Assembly (NCBI GenBank): GCA_030770535.1
Contig: JASVEC010000023.1
Coordinates: 124,001 to 188,000 of the forward strand
Direction of reading: 5' to 3'
Length of the DNA stretch: 64,000 nt
From: Batkoa obscura
Taxonomy: Eukaryota
The notes under the pieces were generated by a model. The model was not told where the DNA came from, ran no database searches, and was given only the letters and a program-made list of their open reading frames with translations. This document shows, in pieces, positions 42,136 through 53,754 of this stretch. The number at the start of each line of letters is the position of its first letter. Positions within the stretch are counted from its first letter, which is position 1. The position numbers were made by a program, and so were the translations under genes.

Positions 42136-45100
42136 TTAATTAAGTAAGTCCTTAATATTTGATCTCGAAGATGCATTGGGTTTCCTATTACTATCCTCTT
42201 GATTCGGACTACCCCCTTGGAATATATTTAAGTTTGGATTTATACCTTGATTAGCCCCAGTACGTCTGCGTACTTGACCTGCTCCTAAAATTGAATCGTA
42301 CATACTGATTGGTTGGTTGAGTGATTGATTTTGAATAGGTGCAAGAGAAATATGCTGACTATTTATATTATGATTACTTTGAATAGATTGGTCATAATAC
42401 CTTTGGGATGATCTTAGATTACCATCACTTTCGTTCTGAATGGATGGATAGCTTGTATGTATACGTTCATAATTATGACTTTGAAGCTTAGCTTTATCAA
42501 TATGCTGTGTTTGATGAGTAGCATTTACATCTTGATTTCTTTGATGATTAACTGACTGGAAATGATCTGACATTTGGTAACGCTGGGTATATTGAGAATT
42601 ATTGGATTCTTGTAACTGGGATGGGATACCTTGCTTTTGGTTTTGGCTATCAAAACGACTTTGAATCTCATGGTATTTATTAAGCTGAGATAGCTGCGGG
42701 TTATTTGCGTCTTGAGTAGCACTTACTGGGTATTTGGCAGTGGGGTTAATATAAGGAGACTCATGCCTATAATTCGCGTTAGATTGACGTGTTTCACCTG
42801 ACTGTTGCATTGGTTGACTTTGGTCCCTTCCTTTTACATATTGATTATTATGGCTGTATTCAAACCTATTCTCAATCTTTCTTAAATCTTGAGGATGTTC
42901 GTATGGCCTAAAAGAATCCTTAGAACCACTTTGAAGTACGGTATATCCTTTTTCTCTTGCTTCTTTTTGGCTTCCTAAAATACTAGAATGCTTTTTATTT
43001 GCATAAACCATTTGTGAAATATGTGAAGAACCTAAAGTAATGTTAGATCTTCCTGAATGTTGCGACTCAACAAATTTCCCTGAATAAGGCTCATTTAATA
43101 TCCTAATATTTCTTGATTGGTTACTGACCCCTTTAGGCCCAGAAGCATTTGGATCACTTTGGATGCTGCTTTGAACGAACTGATTCTGAGATATAACCTT
43201 AGGTGTGTGAGTATCTTTACTACCTATTTCGTGTCTTGGGTTATGAATAGCGACTTGTCTAAGTGGTGTCTGCTCATATCGACCTGCTTGAGAGAAATCC
43301 TTAGTTAATCTTTGAGCTACAATTCCTTCACGTGGGGAAGATTTATCTGCCGTAAATCGATCTAAATCTAATTTTGGTAGATAATCTTGCCTTAGTCCAG
43401 CAAATTGGCTGTATCCTTGATCAGCTGGTCTTGAGGTATATTGATTTGATAGGCTAATATTTTCATTTCGAGGATTAGGTGGAATTTGATTAGAATGTGA
43501 ACTTTGGAGAAAGAATTGATTGTGTAATTGAGTAGGCTTATGAGATAAGGCGGGTAGCGTATTTTCTCTGGGATTAATAGAATTTCCTTTATTAAAACCT
43601 TCATTGGCATTCCTATTCCTGTTATATGACATTTGGTTTTGTAATGCATTAAATTCTGATAATGGGTCACGTTTATCAGGAATATTTTTTGAAGTTTGTG
43701 CATTGATTATACTTCCTTCCTTTCTAGGTATCTTTGTCTCCATACCTTCATTTATGCCAGGAGTCATGGCTGATCTGGCTGATTTTTTTGTAGAAGACCT
43801 GATTGCTTTTTTACTTTCTTTTGATGAAGTAAGTGAAGCTGGTAAAGTAAAATCTTGCATATTACCACCAGAAGATTTTGAAGAAGGAAGCGTCCCAGTA
43901 GACGGTCCAACCATAGCAGGTGGCAGAATAGGTGCGTTTAACTCCATCATTGCTGATATAGCTAATTTGTCGCTTTTAGATGGCTTAGATTGGCGGAGAC
44001 TCTGGTTAATATTCATATGGTCATACCTATTAGTATCGTTTAGCATATTTGAGCCGCCAACCTTATATGTATCAGCTGGAGGAGGCTGATTATGTCGAAT
44101 AGGAGGGCGTGATGTTAATGTACCAGATACATTTGATTGCTGTAAAGCATTCGCAGATGATCTTTCAGGTCCTGATGCTGGAGCTGGAAGCTCAAAAAAT
44201 GGAGCAATCGATGGAAATCTAGGAATAGCTTTAGAATCAGGTTGTGGAGGCAATTGAGCGGAACTTTCGAGTATGCTTCTAGCCCTTTGTTTTGAATCAT
44301 GGTTTGTTTGAGAAACATGTTGACTATTTTCTTGTTTATTTCTGCTCAAGGCTCCAACTTGAAAAGGTTGGACAGCACTTTGATTTCCTGGGAGATAATA
44401 TGGTTTAGCCATACGATGATCAACTAAAGATTCTACTTTATTGGGATTTACTTTAGGATCGAATTGCCCTCTATATTGAACTTCTTCTTCATCCACCCCT
44501 TGTGTTCTAGACTGCATATTGTTTGGAGTACGTCTAAAAGGATAATTTGTAGCTCTATTTATTAATAATTCTTGTTCACTGTCCATTGTTGTAGAGGTAG
44601 CAAGCGGGGGTGGTAATGGAGTAAAGTAATTTGTATTATTATTTGATGTATTGGAAGACATATTGCTGTTTTCAACTTGCTTTGCTCTTATTCTTTCATA
44701 AAAGTCAATTGTATTTGGATTACTAGGCTTAGATGAAGATTCGTGTTGGACATTGGACCTGCTGCCTTGAACAAATTGATTATATCCGCTTAATGAGTCA
44801 GTAGATAAACGATGTGAAGATTCGTTCTGTTGAACAAATGCTACTGATAGAGGCTTAATTTCTGGAGGTGGTAATTGAGATGTTTGAGGAGGGCGATCAT
44901 GACTAAGTGTTGACTGGTTGCGGCTTTGAAAGCTTTCATGAGCAACTGGATAAGTGTTTGGATGGACAGCTTGTGAAGTGATAGGTAGTATCTTCTTGTA
45001 TTTGTTTAAATGATCTGTACTATCTGATGTATATGACGTTGTTACCTGGAGGTTATTAGAAAGCTGAGGATTCGTATTTGATATTGTTCCCTTTGTAAGA

Positions 45101-48100
45101 TTTTTCAAAGCCGATTTCTTTTTCTTACTGCTAGAAGGAGGCTGAAAATTATAAAATACGCTTATTCTTTCTTTCTGAATCTGTGAAAAAGATTTTGGTG
45201 GATCAGTACTATTAGATAGTCCTATTGGCTGATTAGGGTTTGGGGTTACTTTATTATCGGAATTAGCTAAAGGCGTTTCTTCTAAATTAGAGCTTAACTC
45301 TTTGTCACTCTCCTTTATCTTTCTTGATTTTCGTGTAATGTCCAATTTGTAGTTATCTACCATTGATCCTGACTCAATATCGGCTGGAGGTACAGATGTT
45401 TGATCTGACGTCAACTCTTTCTTTGAATTTTTGGTTTTATACTTCTTCCTCTTTTGCTTCTGTTCTGATGGAACTATGACTGGAATAACTTGGTCAGCTT
45501 CTTGTTGGATAAGTTCACTTTTTAGGTTTTCACTATTATCCTTTTCGACTGGCTCTTCAATTATTCGAGTAAAATTCTGGACTTCTTGTGAGCTCACTTT
45601 TATAATCTCTTCATCCAGAGTATTTGCTGGTATGTTTTCGGCATGAATGTTTTCTTTAAAATTGGTTTTATCACTCGATTCTGATGCAATATTCGATGAA
45701 GTAAGAGAAGTTTCAAGTTTGCTCTGGTTACTTTCAATCGCTTCTTTACTATCATCTATCTTCTGAATATCCTTTTTTATCACATCGTCTAATTGACTAT
45801 CACTGATGACATTATTCGGGCTTTCTTTGTTCTTTTGTTGAGACTGATAATCAAGTGAAACTATAGGCAAAATAGTTGGCAAAGCAATGGGTTGACTAAC
45901 TTTACGCTGAAAAATATTCATTGGCTTATTTCTTTCATTATGGTTGTTTGAATCACCCTTACAAACATTGGGAGCTTTGTTATTTATCTGTGTTTCATCA
46001 GTTATCATATCTTTGACAGGCTCTGTTTGATTGGTTGTACCTTCTGGAGTCAAAATAACATTATTCATATTACTATTCTCAATAATAGATTTATTTGGAT
46101 TAGTGCTTTCAATAAAATAGTGATTTGAATTAGTGCTTTCAGTCAAAATGTCATTTGAATTAGTGTTTTCAGCAAAGGGATGTGACAGCACATCATTATT
46201 GTTTTTTGGCGATTGGTTGGAAGTTATTTCTACGCTTTCATTTAGTACTGGAACTTGTTCATTTGATTCCATCGCTAAGGACTCATTATCATTAGTAGGA
46301 TCTAATTCATTTGATGAGTTTATTAACTGTTGTGATTCCTCGATCTCACTTTGATTCTCAATTAGATCATCTACTGTATTAGAAACGCTCATGCTACTTT
46401 GCTCTTCTGAATTCAATTCCGGTTCTAAAAAACGATTAGTTTAACTATTACTATAAATCAAATAAATATACTTACCTGTAAACTGAGCCCCAATTTGATT
46501 TAATAATTCATTAATGCTTTCGCCAGTAACAAATCGATTAAGCTCAGTTACGTTTTGTGAAGAACGCCCTATATCTAATTCTCTATAAGTTATTATATGA
46601 GGATCATTGTCTATCTCATTTGCCAACTCACGATGAATATCATTAAGAAATTCACTATCAACCTTAATAAGGCGTAATAAAGAATAGATAGGATTAACAA
46701 TGACCCTTTGACTACGTATTACATCATCTTTAATATTTAAAAGCTCCGAGATTAAAAGTACTGGATGAATTGTGTTACGATTACGGTAATTTTTAGTAAT
46801 CCCAATAAGAATATTATTAAGTAGCAACTTTGAATTAGGAAGATCCTTGATTAATTTTAACATGTAGTTCAATTGACTAAATGGACTGTTTATGAAAAGG
46901 AAAGAAGATACATGAACATTTCGAAGTTCCAACTTTTTTGAATTAGGCTGGATCCAATCAAGCATAAGTGTCTGCTTAATTTTAGTTGGTAAGAAACTGA
47001 AAGTAGTGAGTGATGATAATACTAGTTGATACTTTTCATTTATTTTTATAGCGAAAGTATATGCAAATTTATTGCTTTCATTAAATAGTAACAAGCCAAA
47101 ATATTTGAGCTCAAACATATCCTTAATTAAAGCTCCGAAGTCATCTCTTAAATCATTAGGAAAATATCGATTATTTGGATTATAATTTATATAACCCTGT
47201 ATGTTGTTTTTTTCTATGTCTGTTTCTCGCCATTTTAACAGCTTTATTAATTGAACTGAATTAGAATCATGCTTATAATCAAGAAAGTTTATGATTTGAA
47301 TCGGAAACTTCTTTTTACTACATTTTAAAATGAGCTCATACTCTACGTAATGCTTTTCAAATATAATATTATAAAGTAATGTAAATTTTGGTTCTAAAAG
47401 CCCAACTACATCTTTTGTTATAAATTCAATTTTAGAAAAATTTGCTTTCGAGGTTGGGGCGGAAGCAAGATCAAACCAAGAAATTCTTTCATCATCAAGG
47501 CATTTGTCGGATTGAAAATCAAACGTAAATATTAAGATTCTATTTCTCAAAGGTGAAAGAAGTCTTTTAACTCTCTGAGGCTCAATATCAGTGAACACCC
47601 ATATATAGCTATGTGCCCCATTGATTGAGGACATGGATAAGGCTTTTATCCAACTTGGTGAATTAGCTTCCGTTATTATGCTACCATTTTCTCTAAATTT
47701 TGTTAACACTTGTTTAAATGAAGATTAGAATTACTTACGTTTCATTTAAAATACTTTCTAGGAATGCTTCTTGTTGAAGATTATTTTTAAACTCACGATT
47801 TGACTTTACCCAATTAAATGAGTGGAATTGAATTTTATCTTTTCCAATCAAATAATAATAAGCTTGGCAAATTGCTAAAAATAAAAATTAGTTCATTGAA
47901 TATGATTGGTTGAAAAATTATATAAATAGCTGCTTAGTGGTTTCTATAACAATGTTGTTTTTTTAAATAAACTATAGTATTATAAAATCAAGCATATAAA
48001 TTAAATTGTTCAATTAACTCTTTTAAAGTTTATTTAAAGAGCATTCTTTTTCAATAATTTAATTTATACTTCAGCTTTTATCATTTCATTTGAATTGAAA

Positions 48101-48370
48101 TATTACTCTACCTGTTTTGACTAATTCTTGTTGCTCTCTATAAGCATCTGGGGTTGTAGAATTAGAGTTTAATGAAAAAAATATTGTATCATATTTATAT
48201 GGCTCAAACATATTAAGAAACACTATATTACTAAATTAAATAATATTAGTGATTTTGTACTTGTAGTGTTATCAATTGTATTTTCAATATCTTGCTTTGA
48301 GCAAAATTTAAGATACAATATCGTGTATAGTTCGCTTACATAAATTGATAAGCCTTAAGCTTATTTTCAT
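42136..48370 (-). CDS. Large hypothetical protein (~1900 aa): folded N-terminal region plus ~1400-aa S/N/Q/P-rich low-complexity tail
   Basis: The long exons 42136-46425 and 46475-47710 are joined by a GT-AG intron. Further upstream exons lie at about 47738-47876 and 48112-48230. The start codon near 48370 is tentative. No family recognised. Confidence 0.7.
46065..46175 (-). repeat. 30-nt coding tandem repeat (~4 units)
   Basis: ATTAGTG(C/T)TTTC recurs with a 30-nt period, encoding AENTNSND/TESTNSNH/IESTNPNK/IENSNMNN. Confidence 0.7.
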
Positions 48371-48402
48371 TTCAAAATAAAAAAAATGAAGAAAATTTCT
48401 CC

Positions 48403-48467
48403 TCTATTTATACCCCTTCGCTCATGTTTTGATTGGTTGCATGCATTTATATTGATCACCAATCAAA
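48403..48467 (-). promoter_or_regulatory. TATA box and inverted pair of CCAAT boxes
   Basis: Minus-strand GTATAAATAG about 35 nt upstream of the candidate ATG. TTTGATTGGT (~48428-48437) and ACCAATCAAA (~48458-48467) are exact reverse complements. Confidence 0.5.
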
Positions 48468-49698
48468 TCACAATGACTGAACTTCTTAGTAGGGTGTATT
48501 TTACCGGAATATAGTCTAAAGCAACCAATAATATTTCGTAAAAGGACTTTTCTAAGAAAATTTTGAAAATGTAATTGGTTGAGTTCACTTTTTAAGGAAA
48601 AAATAAAACTTGAATCTTTAATTCTCTTCTTATAATGATTAAAGCACCAGTGTTATTTCATATTAAGACCTAAAACGATTATTAAACAGGATGACCCCAA
48701 CATATTGATTTGAAAATGTACGATGGAAGATTATAAGTAATGCGTGATGATAAGAATAAAAAATCGTTTAAAAATTAAAAATTTTATTATTGAAAATAAT
48801 TTAATTAAACTGCTTTTTATTTAATAAAAATTATCTTTAAGGCAAAATCACACTTAAATATTACGTAACTGTGAAAATAAATTTAATAGATTAGTTTGTA
48901 ATTTATTTAATCTAAGATTTCACAACTTAAGATTAAATTCATATAAAGTTGTTATCAAATGCCAATCTATAAAGTCATAAAAATAGAAAAATAGCACTAC
49001 CATAATAAAAACGATAAAAACTTAGCAAACAGAGAAATTAAACACGAATTTTTAATTAAACATATATATTTTCATGTAAGTATCATGCTTGAAGAACTCA
49101 GTTTTTTAGGAGTTAATGTGATTCATTTCTAAACTCTAAAAATAATGAAAGGTTCTAACTATCCCCTAAAAATTCGTATTATATAAATCATACCAAGATG
49201 ATACTATAGTATATAATGATCAAAATAGCTGCTAACAATGAAAATTAGCTTCATACTTACAGAAATAGACTTATTTGTTACTTAGATAGAATTAAAGCTT
49301 TAAAATCAACTTCGATGTTATATTGTTTCAATTTGCTTAATATACTTTGAATAAACAATCTAAAATTAATTATTGTATCATTTTAATTAAAGATAAATCC
49401 ATAATGAATATATGAATTTTATATCAGTTTGTTTTAACTCGATTATGACATGTTTTCTTTGTAAAATTACATAAACTATCATAACGTTTTGATATCATTT
49501 TATAGACCCAAAAAGATTTTGAAGTAAAATAACTTCGTCCTAATGACTTATGTGTGTCAAAAGCTATTTATTAATTTAAAAAAATTAGTTGATAAACTTG
49601 AAAGTAAAAGACCGAAATTTGATTGAAGTCTGCAAAAATAATTAAGTGTTTGTTAATGCCTAAGCTAGGCTTTAAAGCAATAGCATACAAATAGCAAT

Positions 49699-49798
49699 TA
49701 GAAATGTTTTTTTGGTTTTATCACTTTTTCTATCTTTAAGTGCTATTTGAGTGAAAAGACTGTTTATTAGTAAAATTCTTGAACAAAATACATCCCCA
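49699..49798 (+). mobile_element. MITE copy
   Basis: Consensus match; AT/AT flanks. Confidence 0.83.
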
Positions 49799-50028
49799 AT
49801 TGTAAAAAACCCAATTCTTTTGTTTAATTTAAGGCAATAGTCACCATAAAGAATAGAAAAAATTTGAATACAATTTGTAAATAAATTGACCAATAGAAAT
49901 AAGCTGAAGTAAAGGAAAAAGTAGGTAGAGCTGACTTTAAGATATTAAAATAGTGGCTACGTAGATAACGAGCTTTTCTTTTATTCATTAAATTTAAAAG
50001 AAGAGCCTAGTCTTTAATAAAAAAACCA

Positions 50029-51273
50029 ATGATCAGTATCATGAAAAACATAACGAATAAGAATCATAAATATAGCTTAAGGAGCTCCGAAAAGAAGTCA
50101 AATTTCAAAGATGGTGGCCAGATAAAAGGAAATGGTAATATCAAAGGGACAACGGGAAGGAACGAGTCTTTATTGAAAAGGAAAGCTGACCCTGTTTTAA
50201 AAGAAACAAAAGCTGAAGATAATAAAAGGAAATTCATAAACCAAACAAACTCAAACTCAAAAAATAACTTTAGTACTGAGACCTCAAGGATAAAGCTAAC
50301 TAACGATCAAAAAACTATAACAAGTAACCATAGGAGAATAGAAAATAAGGGCTTTAAGAACTCACCTAGGCTTCTGCAATTAAGCATAAAGAATAACAGA
50401 GAACTTGAACCCTCAAAGAAGAGGAGGAATTCTAGCAGCAAAACGGCAAAAAATGAAAAGAATAACAGTAATTTATAAAGTTTATATATTTAATAAAGCT
50501 AAAATATCACTATAGATAATGAAAAGAAAGAGGAGACAGATAAAGTTATTTTGTTATACGATGAAAACAAATTTGATGTAAAGGAGCCAAATAAACCTAT
50601 ATTTAGCAATACTGAAACTAGAACTAATAACCCTTTTGAAAATCTTTTACAACCTAAACCAATGAAGCTTTCTGAATTAAATGCTGAAGCAGAACCAACT
50701 GCCAGGATTCTTCTTACTCGCTTCGATGGAAGGCGAACTTCCGTTCGGGTAATTAATAGTAAACTTCATAATAATAAACTTATAAAATTTAAGGAAAGTG
50801 ATGAACTTGATTTTCATACATCAATTAACAAAATTGGAGAAAGGTATGAATCAAAGCTAATCAATAGAGAGCTAGAAATGAGAAAGCATCAAGAGTATAC
50901 GGAAAAAGTTATAAAAGAACAGCAGGATTATTATAAATACAATCAAAGGAACCCAATTGGATTACATAATCTATCAAACATATCCTTATTTAATGACTTG
51001 TCTGAAGTTGACTATTGTCCCAATACGATAGCAGTTTCCAGTCTAGATTCAAATATTAAAAATAACATTTTATCCCAAAGACACCCATCACGTATTTTAG
51101 GAGAGCCTAAACTAATTTCTTTAAGCGAGTTAAGTGGAATAGTTCGACCTAAACAGCCCAACTTTTTTTATCGCTTATTAGACTCGGAATATGTCAAACA
51201 AAGTTTAAACGAAAACCCACAAGATTTTGAGTCAACTTTTAAGCAATTTAGAAAGATGCAGGAAAACGAATGA
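50029..51273 (+). CDS. Hypothetical basic (K/N-rich) protein, two exons
   Basis: ORFs 50029-50478 and 50551-51273 are joined in frame by a GT-AG intron at 50468-50515; NLS-like KKRR. No family recognised. Confidence 0.65.
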
Positions 51274-51551
51274 ACTATTTGCTATCTTATTGCTTTTACT
51301 AACATTAATTCATATAATTAAAGCTAAGTTATTTTGTTGCTTATTGCTATATATATTTTTATTGTTTGATTTATTTTGATATTTTTAATCTAGGAATTTT
51401 AAGCACTTTTTATTAATGTAATTAGCCAAATTTGCAATACTTATGATAATTTCAAATCAAAAAGCTAATACTATTAATAATGTAATGTTTAAGCAAAAAT
51501 TAAGTATAAAACAAAACTTAAGTGATGCTTTTTAATAAATTTGTATAAAAA

Positions 51552-53480
51552 ATGAGTACCAATAATGAAATTTGGAAAAAAGAATTAGGCGTTGAGGTAG
51601 CAGAAGGCTTGAATGGTGGGGATAAAATTATTTTACCAGCTGACGTATTAGAAGAACTTTTAGAGCTATATGATCATAATTTACCCACACCACTAACATT
51701 TAAAGTATCAACCCATGAAAACAGTTTCCTTCACTGTGGCGTTAGAGAGTTTAGTAGTCAAGATGGCACTATAATAGTACCACCTTGGATACATGAATTT
51801 TTTAATGGTAATGACACTACTATTAATAAACTAACTTTGGAGTCAGTTCAACTTCCTAAAGGAAAATGGGCAAAATTCGTTCCTCTAGAAGATGATTTTT
51901 TACTGGTTAAAGATCTTAGGGTTATGTTTGAATCTTCTTTAAGAGCCAATTTCACCGCTTTAACTCAAGGACAAATACTCCATACTCGTTATGCATCTAA
52001 GGATTATAAGTTTAGAGTCGATGAGTTGAAACCTGAAATAGCAGTTAATATAATAGATACGGATTTGGAAATTGATATTGAAACACCAATTAATTTTTTA
52101 CAAGGCACTTCGAATTCAAAAAATATAGCTAAAAAGCTAAAGATTCAAGAAGTTAAAGTAGACATCGTTAATTCATTTAAGCTAGGTAAAGGGGAATCAA
52201 TGCAGTATCAATTTTTATGGCCAAGAACAACTTCTTTTAAGGTTGTTTTAAAGGCTTTTGGTACTACTGGACCTAATGCTTTCTTAATTCCTGGTGTAAC
52301 AGAAGCTTCAATTGATAGTCATATTTGGGCTTCCTTTGGTTCACAAAATGAAAAAACAATTACTGTCAAAAAGAACGACCCTGCATATAGAGCTCCTTAT
52401 CACTACAGTTTAACTGTAACAAGCAATAGTGAGTTAACTTTTAACTTAATAATAGAGGAATATAATGAGCCAGATGCTATTCAAGGACCAGCTCCCATCA
52501 AAGAAGATGAGGTTTTATGTACAACGTGTAACAGGATAATACCCAAATCTAGTTTTACTTTACATACCAATTTCTGTGCACGTAACAATAAAGTCTGTGC
52601 CATTTGTAATAAAGTGTTCAAATCAAATGAAATAAATCAACATTGGCATTGTGAGTTATGTTTAATGGATGGAAACTCAGGAGATAATGATATACATTAT
52701 GGGTTTTTTCATACAATTAATCACTGTGAGTGTGGCTCTAAAGTAGAAGGAAAACATGGGTTAGCAAGGCATAAAATTTTAGACTGTCCTAATAGGCTGA
52801 TAGAGTGTCGCTTTTGTCATGATCTAGTACCATATAACAAAAAATCATCTGATCCGGCGGATTGGGAGTTTGATTTAACAGAGCATGAGTCTTATTGTGG
52901 AAACAGAACAATCACATGTTCCAAATGTAATAGACATGTCTCATTAAAAAAGGTAGGATTACATGCCAAATATCACGAGTTTGTGAAGCAAAGTCAACCA
53001 CTGCCGTTTCAAAAATGTTCAAATAGTAATTGTATTAAAGAGCAGACCGGGGATACTAATGAAATGAGGTTGTGCCAGGCGTGCTTTTATCCTATTTGGT
53101 CACCAAATTATGATCCTGAGAACAAAGCGCTTAGGAAAAGGGTAGCTTTACGCTATCATAATCAGTTGGTTAAAGGATGTCAAAATCAATGGTGTAAAAA
53201 TCAATATTGCGCAACAGCTACAAAGGAGCCATTAAATCCTAATGTGGCAGCAGCTAAGTTGATACCTCTATTAAAAATTCCTTTGTTAAAAGGCCAAGAA
53301 TGTCACTTTTGTGTGGATCAAAGTACTACGTTTAAAATGGAACTTGTAAATAAACTCAAACACGAAAGTAACGGATTGTATCCAGTTGAATGGTATATTA
53401 GATCTTTAACTATGAACCAAGCTGATTTCAAAGAGTGCTTAAAATGGCTTCGAGTTAATGCTCCAACCACAAGGAGTTAG
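51552..53480 (+). CDS. UFD1-domain protein with multiple zinc fingers, an AZUL-like domain and a C-terminal UBA-like helix bundle
   Basis: UFD1 motifs GDKIILP, HCGVREFS, LRANFTALTQG and IIDTDLEIDI. Cys/His fingers (CTTC...HTNFC, CRFC...HESYCG). RYHNQLVKGCQNQWCKNQYCAT...NVAAAKL resembles the AZUL zinc-binding motif of UBE3A. Confidence 0.85.
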   Translation: MSTNNEIWKKELGVEVAEGLNGGDKIILPADVLEELLELYDHNLPTPLTFKVSTHENSFLHCGVREFSSQDGTIIVPPWIHEFFNGNDTTINKLTLESVQLPKGKWAKFVPLEDDFLLVKDLRVMFESSLRANFTALTQGQILHTRYASKDYKFRVDELKPEIAVNIIDTDLEIDIETPINFLQGTSNSKNIAKKLKIQEVKVDIVNSFKLGKGESMQYQFLWPRTTSFKVVLKAFGTTGPNAFLIPGVTEASIDSHIWASFGSQNEKTITVKKNDPAYRAPYHYSLTVTSNSELTFNLIIEEYNEPDAIQGPAPIKEDEVLCTTCNRIIPKSSFTLHTNFCARNNKVCAICNKVFKSNEINQHWHCELCLMDGNSGDNDIHYGFFHTINHCECGSKVEGKHGLARHKILDCPNRLIECRFCHDLVPYNKKSSDPADWEFDLTEHESYCGNRTITCSKCNRHVSLKKVGLHAKYHEFVKQSQPLPFQKCSNSNCIKEQTGDTNEMRLCQACFYPIWSPNYDPENKALRKRVALRYHNQLVKGCQNQWCKNQYCATATKEPLNPNVAAAKLIPLLKIPLLKGQECHFCVDQSTTFKMELVNKLKHESNGLYPVEWYIRSLTMNQADFKECLKWLRVNAPTTRS

Positions 53481-53754
53481 AAATGATATTTGAGTGTTTG
53501 GTATAGTTTTTAGCATTGATTAAAAATAAAGTAAGATTTGAAATCAACTTCATTGTTTCAATATAATTAGCAATTATTTATTTTGATCATGGTAACTTTT
53601 TAAGGATTATAAATGATATTTGAAAAAAAACAAAGCAGAACGCTAAATTTTATGATTAATTAATCTATCCTAGATGAATTTAGAAATCAGAGAAAAGTTT
53701 ATGAAATGTAGAAATGAATAGTATTTGACTTGAATAAAGGAACGAGGAAAGGGG

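Noticed and set aside
43117..46354. Plus-strand ORFs opposite the large hypothetical gene (and similar shadows over SERCA, Fab1, NTE1 and 59235-59768)
   Set aside because: Antisense or out-of-frame shadows of real coding sequence, with no recognisable motifs.
7413..49798. Recurring ~100-bp repeat as a CRISPR array or satellite
   Set aside because: Copies are dispersed, occur in both orientations and have TIRs and target duplications. There is no regular repeat-spacer periodicity, and the context is eukaryotic.
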